A stretch of 64,000 nucleotides of DNA from Candidatus Bathyarchaeota archaeon (lineage in GTDB: Archaea; Thermoproteota; Bathyarchaeia; Bathyarchaeales; DTEX01): contig JAGTRG010000001.1 in the NCBI GenBank assembly GCA_018396435.1, forward strand, positions 9,659-73,658. The letters are read 5' to 3'. A model generated the notes under the pieces. The model saw nothing but the letters and a program-made list of their open reading frames with translations, searched no databases and was not told the DNA's origin. This document shows, piece after piece, positions 8,964 to 18,725 of the stretch. The stretch's first letter is position 1; every line of letters starts with the position of its first letter. Position numbers and translations under genes: made by a program.

Positions 8964-9584
8964 GTGGATTCATTGAAGCTGAGAAAGAAGCAGCTTACAC
9001 TTCTCCTATCAAGGGTGGAGCCTAACCCCCGACCGAAGCTCAGATGGGAAAGCTACATGCTGGACGCTGAGAGCGCAGCCAGCATGATTCATGCCGCCTG
9101 GGTTAACAGTGACATAGACGGGAGGAAAATTGTCGACCTAGGCTGCGGATCCGGGATCTTGGCAATAGCGTCCTCACTGATTGGCGCAGCATGGTCCGTT
9201 GGGGTTGACATAGACAGGGATGCCATAGGGGCTGCCGTTAAGAATGCCGCTAGGCTTGGCGCTGAAGTTGACTTCATAATTGGCGATATAGACTGCATTA
9301 TCGGACGCTTCGATACAGCATTGATGAACCCCCCATTTGGAAGCTGGCATAAGGGAGCGGACATAAAATTTCTGAAGAAGGCTCTGGAAATATCCAACGT
9401 GGTCTACTCGCTGCATAAGTGCAGCCCCCCTGTTAGAAGTTTCCTCAGTAAGCAGATTCCTAAAATAGGCGGCGTATTAGACAAAGTCTATGAAATGGAC
9501 ATAGTTATAAGCCGAACATACGAATTCCATAGGAAAAGGCTCTATCCGGTTAAAGCCGACCTGTACCGAATACTGAAAGGCTAA
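8964..9584 (+). CDS. METTL5-family (N6-adenine) RNA methyltransferase
   Basis: DLGCGSG SAM-binding motif, NPPFG, VVYSLHK; conserved position upstream of csl4. Confidence 0.88.
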   Translation: MDSLKLRKKQLTLLLSRVEPNPRPKLRWESYMLDAESAASMIHAAWVNSDIDGRKIVDLGCGSGILAIASSLIGAAWSVGVDIDRDAIGAAVKNAARLGAEVDFIIGDIDCIIGRFDTALMNPPFGSWHKGADIKFLKKALEISNVVYSLHKCSPPVRSFLSKQIPKIGGVLDKVYEMDIVISRTYEFHRKRLYPVKADLYRILKG

Positions 9585-9672
9585 AGGCTAGATACAGGTC
9601 AATAGCAAAGCTAATATCGCAGTTCACGGGTATTTTTAAACTCAGTCAACTAGGGGATGGAATGCCTAAAAC

Positions 9673-10251
9673 ATGTCTAATACAAGAAGCGGAAAGTTCA
9701 TTGTTCCCGGAGAGAAAATAGGCGTAATAGAAGAGTTCATACCGAACTTTGGAACATACGTTGAGGAAGGAGTTATATACTCGAGAAACGTCGGATACGT
9801 ATCTATTGATTCAGCCAATAGGAAGGTTTCAGTCTACCCGGTGGCGAGAGATTTAAGCTTCCCAAAGATTGGAAGCATAGTTGTTGGGCACATCGTCAAT
9901 ATTCAGGGCTTAACGGCTTTCATGCGCATAGTGAAGATTGGGAAAAAACATCTTTCAGGGTTCCTAACAGGTGCTCTGCATGTTTCAGACATTGACACAA
10001 AATACACTAAGGAGGTTCTTAACGCGGTTAAAGTAGGAGACCTAGTCCGCGCTAAGGTGATAAGCGACGCTAACAGAATCCTCCACCTGACCACTAAGGG
10101 AGAAAACCTAGGTGTAATATTGGCTCTATGCTCAAAATGCGGCGGAACGCTTCTGCTGAAGAACAAGAAAAGCAAAAAGTTATATTGTGGCGAATGCGGA
10201 AATTTTGAGACGAGGAAAATAGCGTCAGACTACGGAGCCGGAAACATGTAG
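9673..10251 (+). CDS. csl4: Exosome RNA-binding protein Csl4
   Basis: VPGEKIGVIEEF, S1 domain, LGVILALCSKCG...CGECGNFETRKIA zinc ribbon. Confidence 0.93.
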   Translation: MSNTRSGKFIVPGEKIGVIEEFIPNFGTYVEEGVIYSRNVGYVSIDSANRKVSVYPVARDLSFPKIGSIVVGHIVNIQGLTAFMRIVKIGKKHLSGFLTGALHVSDIDTKYTKEVLNAVKVGDLVRAKVISDANRILHLTTKGENLGVILALCSKCGGTLLLKNKKSKKLYCGECGNFETRKIASDYGAGNM

Positions 10252-10258
10252 CAGTGAG

Positions 10259-10552
10259 TTGATCAATATGCAGCTAAAAATATTGGATAAAAAGCCAAAT
10301 GAGCTCACACTTGAGGTTGAGGGTGAAGGGCATACGCTGTGCAGTCTCCTAGAGTCAGTCCTTCTGGAAGACGATGATGTGGAGTTCGCCAGCTACAGCA
10401 TATCGCATCCTCTCGTAGCAAACCCCGTGATAACAGTGCGCACTAAAGGGAATAAAAACCCTGAGGAAGCGCTTAAAGAAGCGGCTGAAAAAATCCTTAA
10501 AAGGGGCAGGGAGCTCGGGGAGGAATTTGAGAGAGCGCTTAAAGGCATATAA
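10259..10552 (+). CDS. rpoL: RNA polymerase subunit L (Rpo11)
   Basis: EGEGHTLCSLL, FASYSISHPL. Confidence 0.95.
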   Translation: MINMQLKILDKKPNELTLEVEGEGHTLCSLLESVLLEDDDVEFASYSISHPLVANPVITVRTKGNKNPEEALKEAAEKILKRGRELGEEFERALKGI

Positions 10553-10557
10553 AATCC

Positions 10558-10968
10558 TCAAATATTCTGTTTAAGGCAAATCCTCCCCAGAATTAACCTC
10601 AAGAGTTCACTTAGGTTCTCCGCAACTTCTCCTTCACGCGCCAGAATCTCAACCGCCTCCCAGATTGACACAGCCCCCGACAGCCAGCCGTAAACTATTA
10701 AGGCTTCAGCAGCATCCGCCTGCCTATGCCTATCCACCCTCCTAGGCAGAAACCTCCGCATATCGGATTTTCTTAGGGCTGATGAAAGCGTTAAACTATC
10801 AAGTTTTCGTCCAACAGGCTTACCGGCAATTTTAGATAGGGCGAGAGAGTAAATGAGGTTGACGTATGCATCCCCCAGGGAGGCTAAGTTGTGGTCCGCC
10901 AAAACCTCAACTAGGCTGGAGTATTCATGCATGAAAGAGATGAACCCACTTTTTTCCGCTTCACCCAA
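10558..10968 (-). CDS. Archaeal stand-alone RNase III-fold protein
   Basis: LASLGDAYVNLIYSLALS and ADAAEALIVYGWL, the RNase III signature helices; no dsRBD. Confidence 0.75.
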   Translation of the reverse strand: MGEAEKSGFISFMHEYSSLVEVLADHNLASLGDAYVNLIYSLALSKIAGKPVGRKLDSLTLSSALRKSDMRRFLPRRVDRHRQADAAEALIVYGWLSGAVSIWEAVEILAREGEVAENLSELLRLILGRICLKQNI

Positions 10969-11048
10969 TCTGGCCCACCTAGTTCCCTAAAAAGGGTTTT
11001 CACAAAGAATAAATCTCCTTCCTTCACTATTTTTAGCTGACGCATTAT

Positions 11049-12110
11049 ATGAGGAAGACGCTTATACTTAAGGTTGACTGCGAAAATCCCGATGGGGAAA
11101 AGATAGATTTGGCAGCGGAGGCTATACGCCGAGGTGGGCTTGTGGCTTTCCCAACAGAGACGGTTTACGGTTTAGGAGCCGACGCCCTAAACCCGAAGGC
11201 TGTCAGAGAAATCTACGCTGTTAAAATGAGACCCCCCGACAACCCGATAATAGTGCATATCGCCGTCAAAGATGATGTTTATAGGCTTGCCGAATCAGTT
11301 CCCAGATACGCTGAGAGGCTGATGGATCTCTTCTGGCCTGGACCATTAACATTGGTTCTTAAGGCGTCAGGAATCGTGCCGAAGGTCACAACTGGCGGAT
11401 TGGACACAGTGGCCATAAGGATGCCGAAACATAAGGTTGCCTTGGCCCTAATAAAAGCCTCGGAAACCCCGATTGCTGCTCCAAGCGCCAACCTAGCCGG
11501 TAGGCCAAGCCCGACAGTGGCCGAACATGTCATACAGGACCTTTATGGGCGGATAGACGTCATAATCGACGCTGGACCGACAAGCATAGGCGTTGAATCC
11601 ACAGTTCTGGATCTGACAAGCGATCCGCCTCAAATCCTAAGGCCAGGCGGAGCAACATACGAGGATCTGAGAAAAGCGCTGGGCAAAGTTGACATCCACC
11701 CATCTGCGCTGGCGAAAAGCGAGCTTCCCATTGAACGCGCCCGTTCGCCTGGGATGAAACATAAGCATTATGCGCCTAAAGCCGAGATGATTCTGGTTGA
11801 GGGCGACTTCAGCCTCATCGTTGGGAAGATCATGGAGCTGGCTGAGCACTACGCTAAAGCGGGGAGAAAGGTGGGCGTTCTTGCCACAGATGAGAGCGCG
11901 CCGAACTACAAGGTCGGCGTCATAAAATCCCTAGGTAACCGAAGAGACCTCTCATTAGCCGCCAAAAATCTCTTTAAAACCCTAAGGGAGTTCGATGAGG
12001 AGGGGGTTGACCTAATAATCGCCGAGGGCCTTCCGCAAGAGGGCTTAGGGCTTGCCATAATGAATAGGCTCAGAAGGGCCGCGGGCTACAACATAATCAC
12101 CTTAGGCTAA
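11049..12110 (+). CDS. sua5: Threonylcarbamoyl-AMP synthase Sua5
   Basis: AFPTETVYGLGA, KMRPPDNP, AAPSAN, PGMKHKHYAP, C-terminal SUA5 domain. Confidence 0.96.
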   Translation: MRKTLILKVDCENPDGEKIDLAAEAIRRGGLVAFPTETVYGLGADALNPKAVREIYAVKMRPPDNPIIVHIAVKDDVYRLAESVPRYAERLMDLFWPGPLTLVLKASGIVPKVTTGGLDTVAIRMPKHKVALALIKASETPIAAPSANLAGRPSPTVAEHVIQDLYGRIDVIIDAGPTSIGVESTVLDLTSDPPQILRPGGATYEDLRKALGKVDIHPSALAKSELPIERARSPGMKHKHYAPKAEMILVEGDFSLIVGKIMELAEHYAKAGRKVGVLATDESAPNYKVGVIKSLGNRRDLSLAAKNLFKTLREFDEEGVDLIIAEGLPQEGLGLAIMNRLRRAAGYNIITLG

Positions 12111-12133
12111 AGAAAATTTTGAAGGCTGCCAGC

Positions 12134-13084
12134 TTACTTATCTACCTCAGCGTCAACTATGCCCTTCTCATTTATCATGAAGTAGGCTTCCCTCTCAGGC
12201 AGGTATGGGCTGTCGATTATCCTCGCAACCCTCACGCCCTTTGAGCCCTTCCGGAGATAAACCCTATGTGTGCATGCATGAGCCATTATGTTTCCGCCAG
12301 CGGGCCTATTTGGGTCCCCTCCAAAGAATGAAGCCGGGTTGGATTGAACCTGATTCGTTACGACAACAGCGAGATTGTATGCTTCCGAAAGCCTAATCAG
12401 CTTATGCAGATACTGATTTAGCTTCTGCTGCCTATCTGAAAGGTTCTCCCGCCCAATATACTCGCCTCTGAAGTGGCTTATCATGCTGTCCACAACAACG
12501 AGTTTTATATTATTCTCCGGGCAGAGCATGAACAATCTGTCGATTAGTAGGCATTGATGGCTACTATTGTATGCCCTCGCAACAAATATGTTTCCGGCGG
12601 CATCCTTCGGATCAAGCCCCATGCTGGAGGCTATTTGATATACGCGTTCAGGCATGAATGTTCCCTCAGTGTCTATGAATGCAACCCTGCCCTCTAAGCC
12701 GCCCTTATCATATGGTAGCTGCGCAGTGATGGAGAGCATCATGCATATCTGAGTCTTACCGGAACCATACTCACCTATCAGCTCCGTTAAAGCCTGAGTT
12801 TCTATCCCGCCGCCAAGTATCTCATCAAGCTTTTTGCATCCCGTTGTACAGCGCCTCATGCTCTTCCTTCTTTCATAATACTCCTGAGCGGTTTTAAAGT
12901 CGGCAGAAATCATCTTACGGGCGGATTCCTGAATCTTAAGCACAGTGTTGAAGCCTAGATTCGTCTTCTCCATGATCTCAAGCGGCGGGGTGACTGCAAC
13001 AGCCTCTATAGTTGTGTAGCCCGCTGTCCTAAGCTTAGTTGCTATTGCCGATCCAACGCCATCCAGGGATTCCAGGTCTTCCAT
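12134..13084 (-). CDS. radA: DNA repair and recombination protein RadA (or a close paralog)
   Basis: N-terminal HhH domain, GEYGSGKTQ, IDTEGTF, VVDSMISHFRGEY, NQVQ, GGNIMAHA, DSPYLPE. ATG at 13084 follows the upstream stop. Confidence 0.93.
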   Translation of the reverse strand: MEDLESLDGVGSAIATKLRTAGYTTIEAVAVTPPLEIMEKTNLGFNTVLKIQESARKMISADFKTAQEYYERRKSMRRCTTGCKKLDEILGGGIETQALTELIGEYGSGKTQICMMLSITAQLPYDKGGLEGRVAFIDTEGTFMPERVYQIASSMGLDPKDAAGNIFVARAYNSSHQCLLIDRLFMLCPENNIKLVVVDSMISHFRGEYIGRENLSDRQQKLNQYLHKLIRLSEAYNLAVVVTNQVQSNPASFFGGDPNRPAGGNIMAHACTHRVYLRKGSKGVRVARIIDSPYLPEREAYFMINEKGIVDAEVDK

Positions 13085-13086
13085 TA

Positions 13087-13296
13087 TCAGTAAGTCTCCC
13101 AATCAAAATTTTTTCTGGAAATTGTCTTCCAGCAGTCCCAGCATAGGGGGATGCGTTCACCCCTATACATTATATACAAGGCTATATCCGTGCTTTTGCA
13201 GTCGCCATTCCACGGGTTTGAGCACTTCTCCAATCCGAGGCTTACGCTGATGGATGTGATCCCTTCGGATTTAGGCTTATTCTTAAGTTTAACCAT
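13087..13296 (-). CDS. Small Cys-rich putative zinc-binding protein
   Basis: CSNPWNGDC...PLCWDCW; G-rich SD before the ATG; stop lies 2 nt before the radA ATG. Confidence 0.7.
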   Translation of the reverse strand: MVKLKNKPKSEGITSISVSLGLEKCSNPWNGDCKSTDIALYIMYRGERIPLCWDCWKTISRKNFDWETY

Positions 13297-13384
13297 CCCC
13301 CTACGCCAATACCTAATTCATCCAGGAGATATTTAAGGAGTATGTGAAAGATTATGTGGGGGGAGGGGGTGGTTCCCCTATTCG

Positions 13385-13690
13385 TCAGAAGGAAATTCTT
13401 GCCCTACGCATTTTATTGAGGAACCCCATCAGCTCTCTAACAATTTCATTTTCAAGGTTTATCTCATAGGTTTTAGGCTTAAACTTGTTTTCCTTAACCC
13501 AGCCTAGATCAACTAATGTTTTAAGCCTTCTATCCACAGATGGGGTTCTAAGCCCTGTTAACTTAGCCAAAGAGTACTTCGTGAAGGCCTTATTAGGGTT
13601 TAAAATTAAATGTAGTAGAACCCTAAATCCCTTGCCGCATCCTAAACCCAGCTCCAGCTCATCCCACACGGTTCTCTCTTTCGCCCTCAT
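13385..13690 (-). CDS. Winged-helix DNA-binding protein
   Basis: FTKYSLAKLTGLRTPSVDRRLKTLVDLGWV...KTYEIN is a typical wHTH pattern. Confidence 0.8.
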   Translation of the reverse strand: MRAKERTVWDELELGLGCGKGFRVLLHLILNPNKAFTKYSLAKLTGLRTPSVDRRLKTLVDLGWVKENKFKPKTYEINLENEIVRELMGFLNKMRRARISF

Positions 13691-13694
13691 ATCA

Positions 13695-14879
13695 TTATCC
13701 GCTCAATGGCTCAAGCTGCTTCAACAAATTGTTTAAAAATTTCTCCAGGTCTATTAGGGCTGCGCCCGATATCCCAATCTCCATAAGAGATTTCATATCA
13801 ACTATTCCGCGATATATAAGGTCCTGGATAAGCCTCTCGAAATCCTCAGCAGGCTTAGCGTTATATTCATCGCATACGACGCTGTAGAGCTTCCGCAGTT
13901 CCCTTAGGCTTATATAGGCAGATCCGCTAGCCTTCAACCCTCTTACAAGGGCGAGAAGAGCAAGTCTGCCATCCCTATCTAGGCTTATTACATCCTCAGA
14001 TGTTATCGTAGGGTTTATCTCGCTGTAAACCCTCCTCACATGCTCTGGGAGAACCCTGCTTGAACCAGTATTCTCAGCTAAAACGCCGGAGTAGTAGAGG
14101 AGCTCCAGCCCAACCCTGATGTCCCCATTAATCGGGGGGTTAGCGGTTATATCGCTTATAAGGTCAAGCGTGTCATCAGCAACCGCTCGCGGCTGAAAGG
14201 CTCCGTCGACCCTATCTTCGAGTATATCCCTAATCTGCCCGCTCGTGTATTTGGGGAACTCTATAATGCCAATGCCGAGGGTTGATTTTTCACCGGGCTC
14301 AAGGAGCTCATGCCACTTAAGGGAACGAGCAATAAATATCTCGCCGACTATAGGCGTCGGCTCACCGGGTCGAATTTCAGGTATGCGGGTCAAATCATAT
14401 ATTACGTGCTCCCTAGGGTTCATTTGAACAAAATAATCTATCTCGTCAAAAGTGACGATTAGGAAAATATCCTCAAACCTCAAGTACTCAACGAGCTGCC
14501 TGATCATCTCCTCAGGGCTTAAGCTCCTAGTTAATATCTTTGAGGCAGCCTTCCTGACGAGATTCCCGTAAAGAACGTAGCGTGTAACACCGTCAACCTT
14601 GCAATTCATATAGACGTGTTGCAGTTTAACACCTTCCCTCTTAGCCCTCTCAGCGATTAATTCACCGAACCTTATGGTTGTGCATGTTTTACCAGTTCCA
14701 GTGGCACCAACAATCTGGGTGAACCTTGGATAGGCATTCCATATGTTCTTAAGCATGTCGCCGTAGATTGAAAGCAGAAGGCTTATTTGCTGATCCCTAT
14801 GCGGCAGGCGCTTAGGAATATAATACGGCGAAAGCCTATTTTTATCCTTGAATATTAACGACCTGGACAAATTTTGCAC
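13695..14879 (-). CDS. cdc6: Orc1/Cdc6 family AAA+ ATPase
   Basis: YIPKRLPHRD, Walker A GATGTGKT, YMNC, Walker B FDEID, FPKYT, GDIR; divergent C-terminal wHTH. Confidence 0.9.
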   Translation of the reverse strand: MQNLSRSLIFKDKNRLSPYYIPKRLPHRDQQISLLLSIYGDMLKNIWNAYPRFTQIVGATGTGKTCTTIRFGELIAERAKREGVKLQHVYMNCKVDGVTRYVLYGNLVRKAASKILTRSLSPEEMIRQLVEYLRFEDIFLIVTFDEIDYFVQMNPREHVIYDLTRIPEIRPGEPTPIVGEIFIARSLKWHELLEPGEKSTLGIGIIEFPKYTSGQIRDILEDRVDGAFQPRAVADDTLDLISDITANPPINGDIRVGLELLYYSGVLAENTGSSRVLPEHVRRVYSEINPTITSEDVISLDRDGRLALLALVRGLKASGSAYISLRELRKLYSVVCDEYNAKPAEDFERLIQDLIYRGIVDMKSLMEIGISGAALIDLEKFLNNLLKQLEPLSG

Positions 14880-14983
14880 CTAAAAAATTATGTAAGAACA
14901 AGCCTATAAAAATATAGATAAGATGGGATTGGAAAAAGCACACGTTAAGGTTTTAAGGGCTTAAGGCTTCCTCAAAACCGTCG

Positions 14984-15709
14984 CTAAAGCGGTTCGATGG
15001 GCTTCACATTACCCACAACAGGCTTAGGCCTCTTAACCGGCGCACACCATCTGGCGGCGTTGCTGATGACCCTTAAAACGTTCCGGTCATAATATGTTGG
15101 GTAGGTTTCATGTCCAGGCCTAAAGTAGAAGATTTTGCCCAGCCCTCTATAAAAGCAGCATCCGCTTCTAAAGACCTCACCGCCCTTAAACCAGCTTATG
15201 AACACCAGCTCATCTGGCATGGGTATGCCGAAGGGTTCACCGTACATCTCTTCATGTTCAATCTCAAAATAGTCGCCTAGCCCCTCCGCAATCGGATGCC
15301 CGCCGGCTACAACCCATATCCTCTCCTTCTCCCCAGCCTCCCTCCACCTGAGATCGCATATTGTTCCCATTAGGCGCTTAAATATTTTCGAGAAGTGCCC
15401 TGAGTGGAGAACTATCAGCCCCATGCCGTCGAAGATAACTCTCCTATATACTCGATCGACAACGGCGTCGCTGACCCTCTCATGCGCAGCGTGCCCCCAC
15501 CATATTAGCACATCTGTGCCGTTGAGAACATCCTCGCTTAAGCCATGCTCCGGCTCATCCAACGTGGCTGTTCTAACATTGAATCCCTGATCGCGCAGAT
15601 ACCTAGCTATGGCGGCGTGTATACCCTGAGGATATATCTCAGCGACTCTTCGATCTTCCTTCTCATGGATGAACTCGTTCCAAACAGTCACATTTATCCT
15701 TTCAGCCAT
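14984..15709 (-). CDS. thuA: Trehalose utilization protein ThuA
   Basis: [42 protein letters not shown]. Confidence 0.93.
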   Translation of the reverse strand: MAERINVTVWNEFIHEKEDRRVAEIYPQGIHAAIARYLRDQGFNVRTATLDEPEHGLSEDVLNGTDVLIWWGHAAHERVSDAVVDRVYRRVIFDGMGLIVLHSGHFSKIFKRLMGTICDLRWREAGEKERIWVVAGGHPIAEGLGDYFEIEHEEMYGEPFGIPMPDELVFISWFKGGEVFRSGCCFYRGLGKIFYFRPGHETYPTYYDRNVLRVISNAARWCAPVKRPKPVVGNVKPIEPL

Positions 15710-15788
15710 ATGGCATCACGCACTAAACTAAACCGAACCTGTAAATAACATTTTTCTAAATATATGACCCGCCTAGCTGGAAAAGGGC

Positions 15789-16007
15789 TTATTCCAATTT
15801 AGCCACAATCATCATTATGCCTAAAAAAACAAGTACTGCTCCAGCCACGATGGAGAATGTTCCAACAGCCCCCAAATCCTTAATGTAAATGCTTGAATTA
15901 TAGGCTAATATTGCGCCGACGATCAGTAGAATCAGCCCGGAAATCTTCTCAATGAACACTAGGCTTAAAGCCGTTGAACTTCTCCCTTTACTCAACTCCT
16001 CCACCAA
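15789..16007 (-). CDS. Small two-TM membrane protein
   Basis: Two hydrophobic stretches; co-oriented downstream of top6A. Confidence 0.6.
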   Translation of the reverse strand: MVEELSKGRSSTALSLVFIEKISGLILLIVGAILAYNSSIYIKDLGAVGTFSIVAGAVLVFLGIMMIVAKLE

Positions 16008-16062
16008 CCTAGGCCGGTTAAAAATTCACATGGTAGGTAAATAAATTTTTATTTTATCCTCC

Positions 16063-17154
16063 CTAATCACCCACTTCTTTAAGCCTCTGAGGCAGATATG
16101 CGTCCACTATATGGGTTAAACCATACCTTGAAAAGGCCTCAAGCTCACATTTCCTCTGGTTTTTCATGAACAAGTTTATCTCCCTCTGCCATATTTCACC
16201 CTTATACCTTGGGTCGCGCATCAACTCATGTAAGCGCTTTATATCCACATCCTCAAGCTTATCGTTCGGCAGCTTATAGTTCACTATGTCTGAAGCCCAT
16301 ACTCCAGCCCACTTCGCATCTGGTGTGGTAAGCTCCTTAACATGCGCCGCATTCGCTGATCCTGAGATGATCACCATGGCGATATGCATGCCCCATGGAT
16401 CAGCATCGGTGAATATGTAGACTGGTAACCCTAGCTCCTGATTTAATCTCCGAATGAAATATCTTGTTGAACGTGGAGCCTGCCCCCTCAAAAATACAAG
16501 TATGGCGTTAAATTTCTCATGAACCCTCTCCTCAATAAATCTTGTGAACAAACCGCCCTTCTCAATGGCTATAACCTTATCGGCGCTGGTCTCTACGAAA
16601 TCCGCCGACGTTAAGGCCGGACCTATCATGACACCGTCGGGGTGGGATGTTAGGTTCAGACGTTTACCCTCATAGTTTGGAACAGTGTATTCTATTGTCA
16701 AGTCGCCGAAGACCGCTGAGCTCTCCTCTGGAAAAACATTAAAGTCCTCCCTCGTGTAGCCTAAAACAGTCTCTAAATCCGTTATTATGCTGTCAGATTC
16801 ATCCTGATCCTGAAATGAGATGTCGTATGCCTGGGCTGAGTAGAATACATCCCTTAAGGTTGATGTCTTCTGATTCGTGGTGAGCTCATGCGTGAAGTAA
16901 GCCATCCAAACGAGATGCGTGAAGGGTCTTAAATGCCTAATGTTTCCCGCGCTTCTCTTAACGGTTTTATTGCCAAGCACATACTGCCTAAGATCCGGAT
17001 TATAAAATATGTTCTCTATGGATCTACTGGGCATTGTTATATGCGGGAAAGACCCCTTCTCAATCTGCTCGCATAGTTCATGTCCAAACTTCTCAAGTTT
17101 TAAGAGAACATCCTTCCTTTTCTCTCTAGATTTCATGACGCTACTCCCCTTCAA
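16063..17154 (-). CDS. top6A: DNA topoisomerase VI subunit A
   Basis: STLRDVFY (catalytic Tyr), AIEKGG, FTDADPWG Toprim motif, KCELEA. Confidence 0.96.
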   Translation of the reverse strand: MKGSSVMKSREKRKDVLLKLEKFGHELCEQIEKGSFPHITMPSRSIENIFYNPDLRQYVLGNKTVKRSAGNIRHLRPFTHLVWMAYFTHELTTNQKTSTLRDVFYSAQAYDISFQDQDESDSIITDLETVLGYTREDFNVFPEESSAVFGDLTIEYTVPNYEGKRLNLTSHPDGVMIGPALTSADFVETSADKVIAIEKGGLFTRFIEERVHEKFNAILVFLRGQAPRSTRYFIRRLNQELGLPVYIFTDADPWGMHIAMVIISGSANAAHVKELTTPDAKWAGVWASDIVNYKLPNDKLEDVDIKRLHELMRDPRYKGEIWQREINLFMKNQRKCELEAFSRYGLTHIVDAYLPQRLKEVGD

Positions 17155-18649
17155 GCCTCCTCAACCTCCTTAAAAGCTCATCCACATTGGGCGTATCTCT
17201 ACTAGCAAGCTTCGCTGAGAACTCAGCTATTTTCGGCAGATACTTTGCGAATATGGATAGGCGGGCCTTTTCACGTTTAGCCTTCTCCTTCTTAGAGAGG
17301 TAAATGTCAAGTTGGCGGGCAACCTCCCTTATCCCGTTAAGTATCTCCCTGCTAACCTCAGGTCTATCAGCGATCATCTCCTTACCAACGGTTTTCCACG
17401 GAATTTTAGTGCTGCATATGTGGACTAGAACCGCGAAGGGCATGCCCGAAGTCAACCCGTAATTCCTCCAATTAATCGACTTAACAATTTTCCAGCTCAC
17501 ATCGCCTGATTCATCATAGACCAGCGGTATTTTGTTAGCAAATCTGTAAAGCAGTATGTCCTCGCTCGTAGGGATTTTCCCCCCATAGGCTATTCCAACC
17601 TCAATTATGAACGGGTGGCCGGAGTAGGCTGAAGGCTTACGCTGGGAAACCGCCACAAACTCAGGTTCCAGCTCCTTCAGGACGCCAGCTTTAAGAAGGT
17701 TCTCACCTAAAGGCGAGAGGCATCCTGCATCTGGAGGGAGAAACTCCTCGAAACTTTTCATAGCATGCACAAGGTTCACAATCTCCTCGGGTTTAAGCTT
17801 CTTCGGATCAGCATCCTCTGGAAAACCAGCGAATCTGAGAAAGTTTTTAGCTATGCGCTTACCAACCCTGTGGAAGTGCTTCTGCATAAAGTCAAGCAGC
17901 GTTTTACAGCTTGTCACACGTATTATCCTATACATTGTTTCAACATCTATACCGTGCGGATGCGGTAAAGTTTCCCTCGGCTGCGGTGGAAGAACCGAAA
18001 CCGTCCTCTCAAACTTATACAGTCTCCCTCTGGGGTCAACAAACGTTATGCTCGCATAAGGGTTAACGATCGCTGTTTGCCTCAAATACTCTAAGATTTT
18101 AGGCATGGCCTTATAGTAGTCCCCTTCAACATACACCTCAACGATTGTTCCACGCCATTTATTCTCATTCTCACGCACTCTCCTATCCAGGATAACCGGA
18201 CGGTTCCGCTCTATATCTATCATTAAAGTGTACTCGTAAATTTTAGATGTCCCAGTGCTCGATATTACCTTAACAGGCTTATTCGTCGTTATCTGCCCAT
18301 AGAGAATCGTCATTGTTCCGCCAAGACCGAATGTTCCACGGGACTGCTTCAGCTTATACTTTGAGCTGAAGAGAAATTGGCAGAAGGCTAAAGGAACGAA
18401 ATCAGCCGGTATGCCGGAACCATTATCCTCAATCCTTAAAACATAAAGGTTTTCACTCTTCTCATTCACGAAGGATAGGCGTATGTAAATATCCGGCAGG
18501 ATCCCTAAGGGTTCAGAGGCGTCAAGCGAGTTTTCAACAAGCTCTCTTATTGCTGAAAATATCGCCCTAACTGGGTTCGCGAAGCCCGCTATCTCCCTAT
18601 TCCTATAAAAGAAGTCTGCAGGACTTATCTCTTGGAATATTTGGCTTAT
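17141..18649 (-). CDS. top6B: DNA topoisomerase VI subunit B (true N-terminus extends 60 codons upstream of the ORF-track start)
   Basis: Upstream in-frame ISQIFQEISPADFFYRNREIAGF...RELVENSLDA (GHKL motif I), then DNGSG, SRGTFGLGG, PHPHG, RFANKIPL, KTVGKE. Confidence 0.93.
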   Translation of the reverse strand: MSQIFQEISPADFFYRNREIAGFANPVRAIFSAIRELVENSLDASEPLGILPDIYIRLSFVNEKSENLYVLRIEDNGSGIPADFVPLAFCQFLFSSKYKLKQSRGTFGLGGTMTILYGQITTNKPVKVISSTGTSKIYEYTLMIDIERNRPVILDRRVRENENKWRGTIVEVYVEGDYYKAMPKILEYLRQTAIVNPYASITFVDPRGRLYKFERTVSVLPPQPRETLPHPHGIDVETMYRIIRVTSCKTLLDFMQKHFHRVGKRIAKNFLRFAGFPEDADPKKLKPEEIVNLVHAMKSFEEFLPPDAGCLSPLGENLLKAGVLKELEPEFVAVSQRKPSAYSGHPFIIEVGIAYGGKIPTSEDILLYRFANKIPLVYDESGDVSWKIVKSINWRNYGLTSGMPFAVLVHICSTKIPWKTVGKEMIADRPEVSREILNGIREVARQLDIYLSKKEKAKREKARLSIFAKYLPKIAEFSAKLASRDTPNVDELLRRLRRLEGE

Positions 18650-18725
18650 TTTCCCACGCCCCTCTTAAAAGGCATTTTTCACCTATCCACATAATAAGAT
18701 TAAAATAAATATGTTCCTATCATGC

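Noticed and set aside
13355..13380. G-rich run GTGGGGGGAGGGGGTGG as an origin G-string or G-quadruplex
   Set aside because: Single short run with no TCCA-GAAAC ORB core; more simply a pyrimidine tract downstream of the minus-strand wHTH gene.
14693..14709. ORB-like sequence CAGTTCCAGTGGCACC within cdc6
   Set aside because: It is the reverse complement of the Walker A codons (GATGTG); it is a single copy with no G-string.
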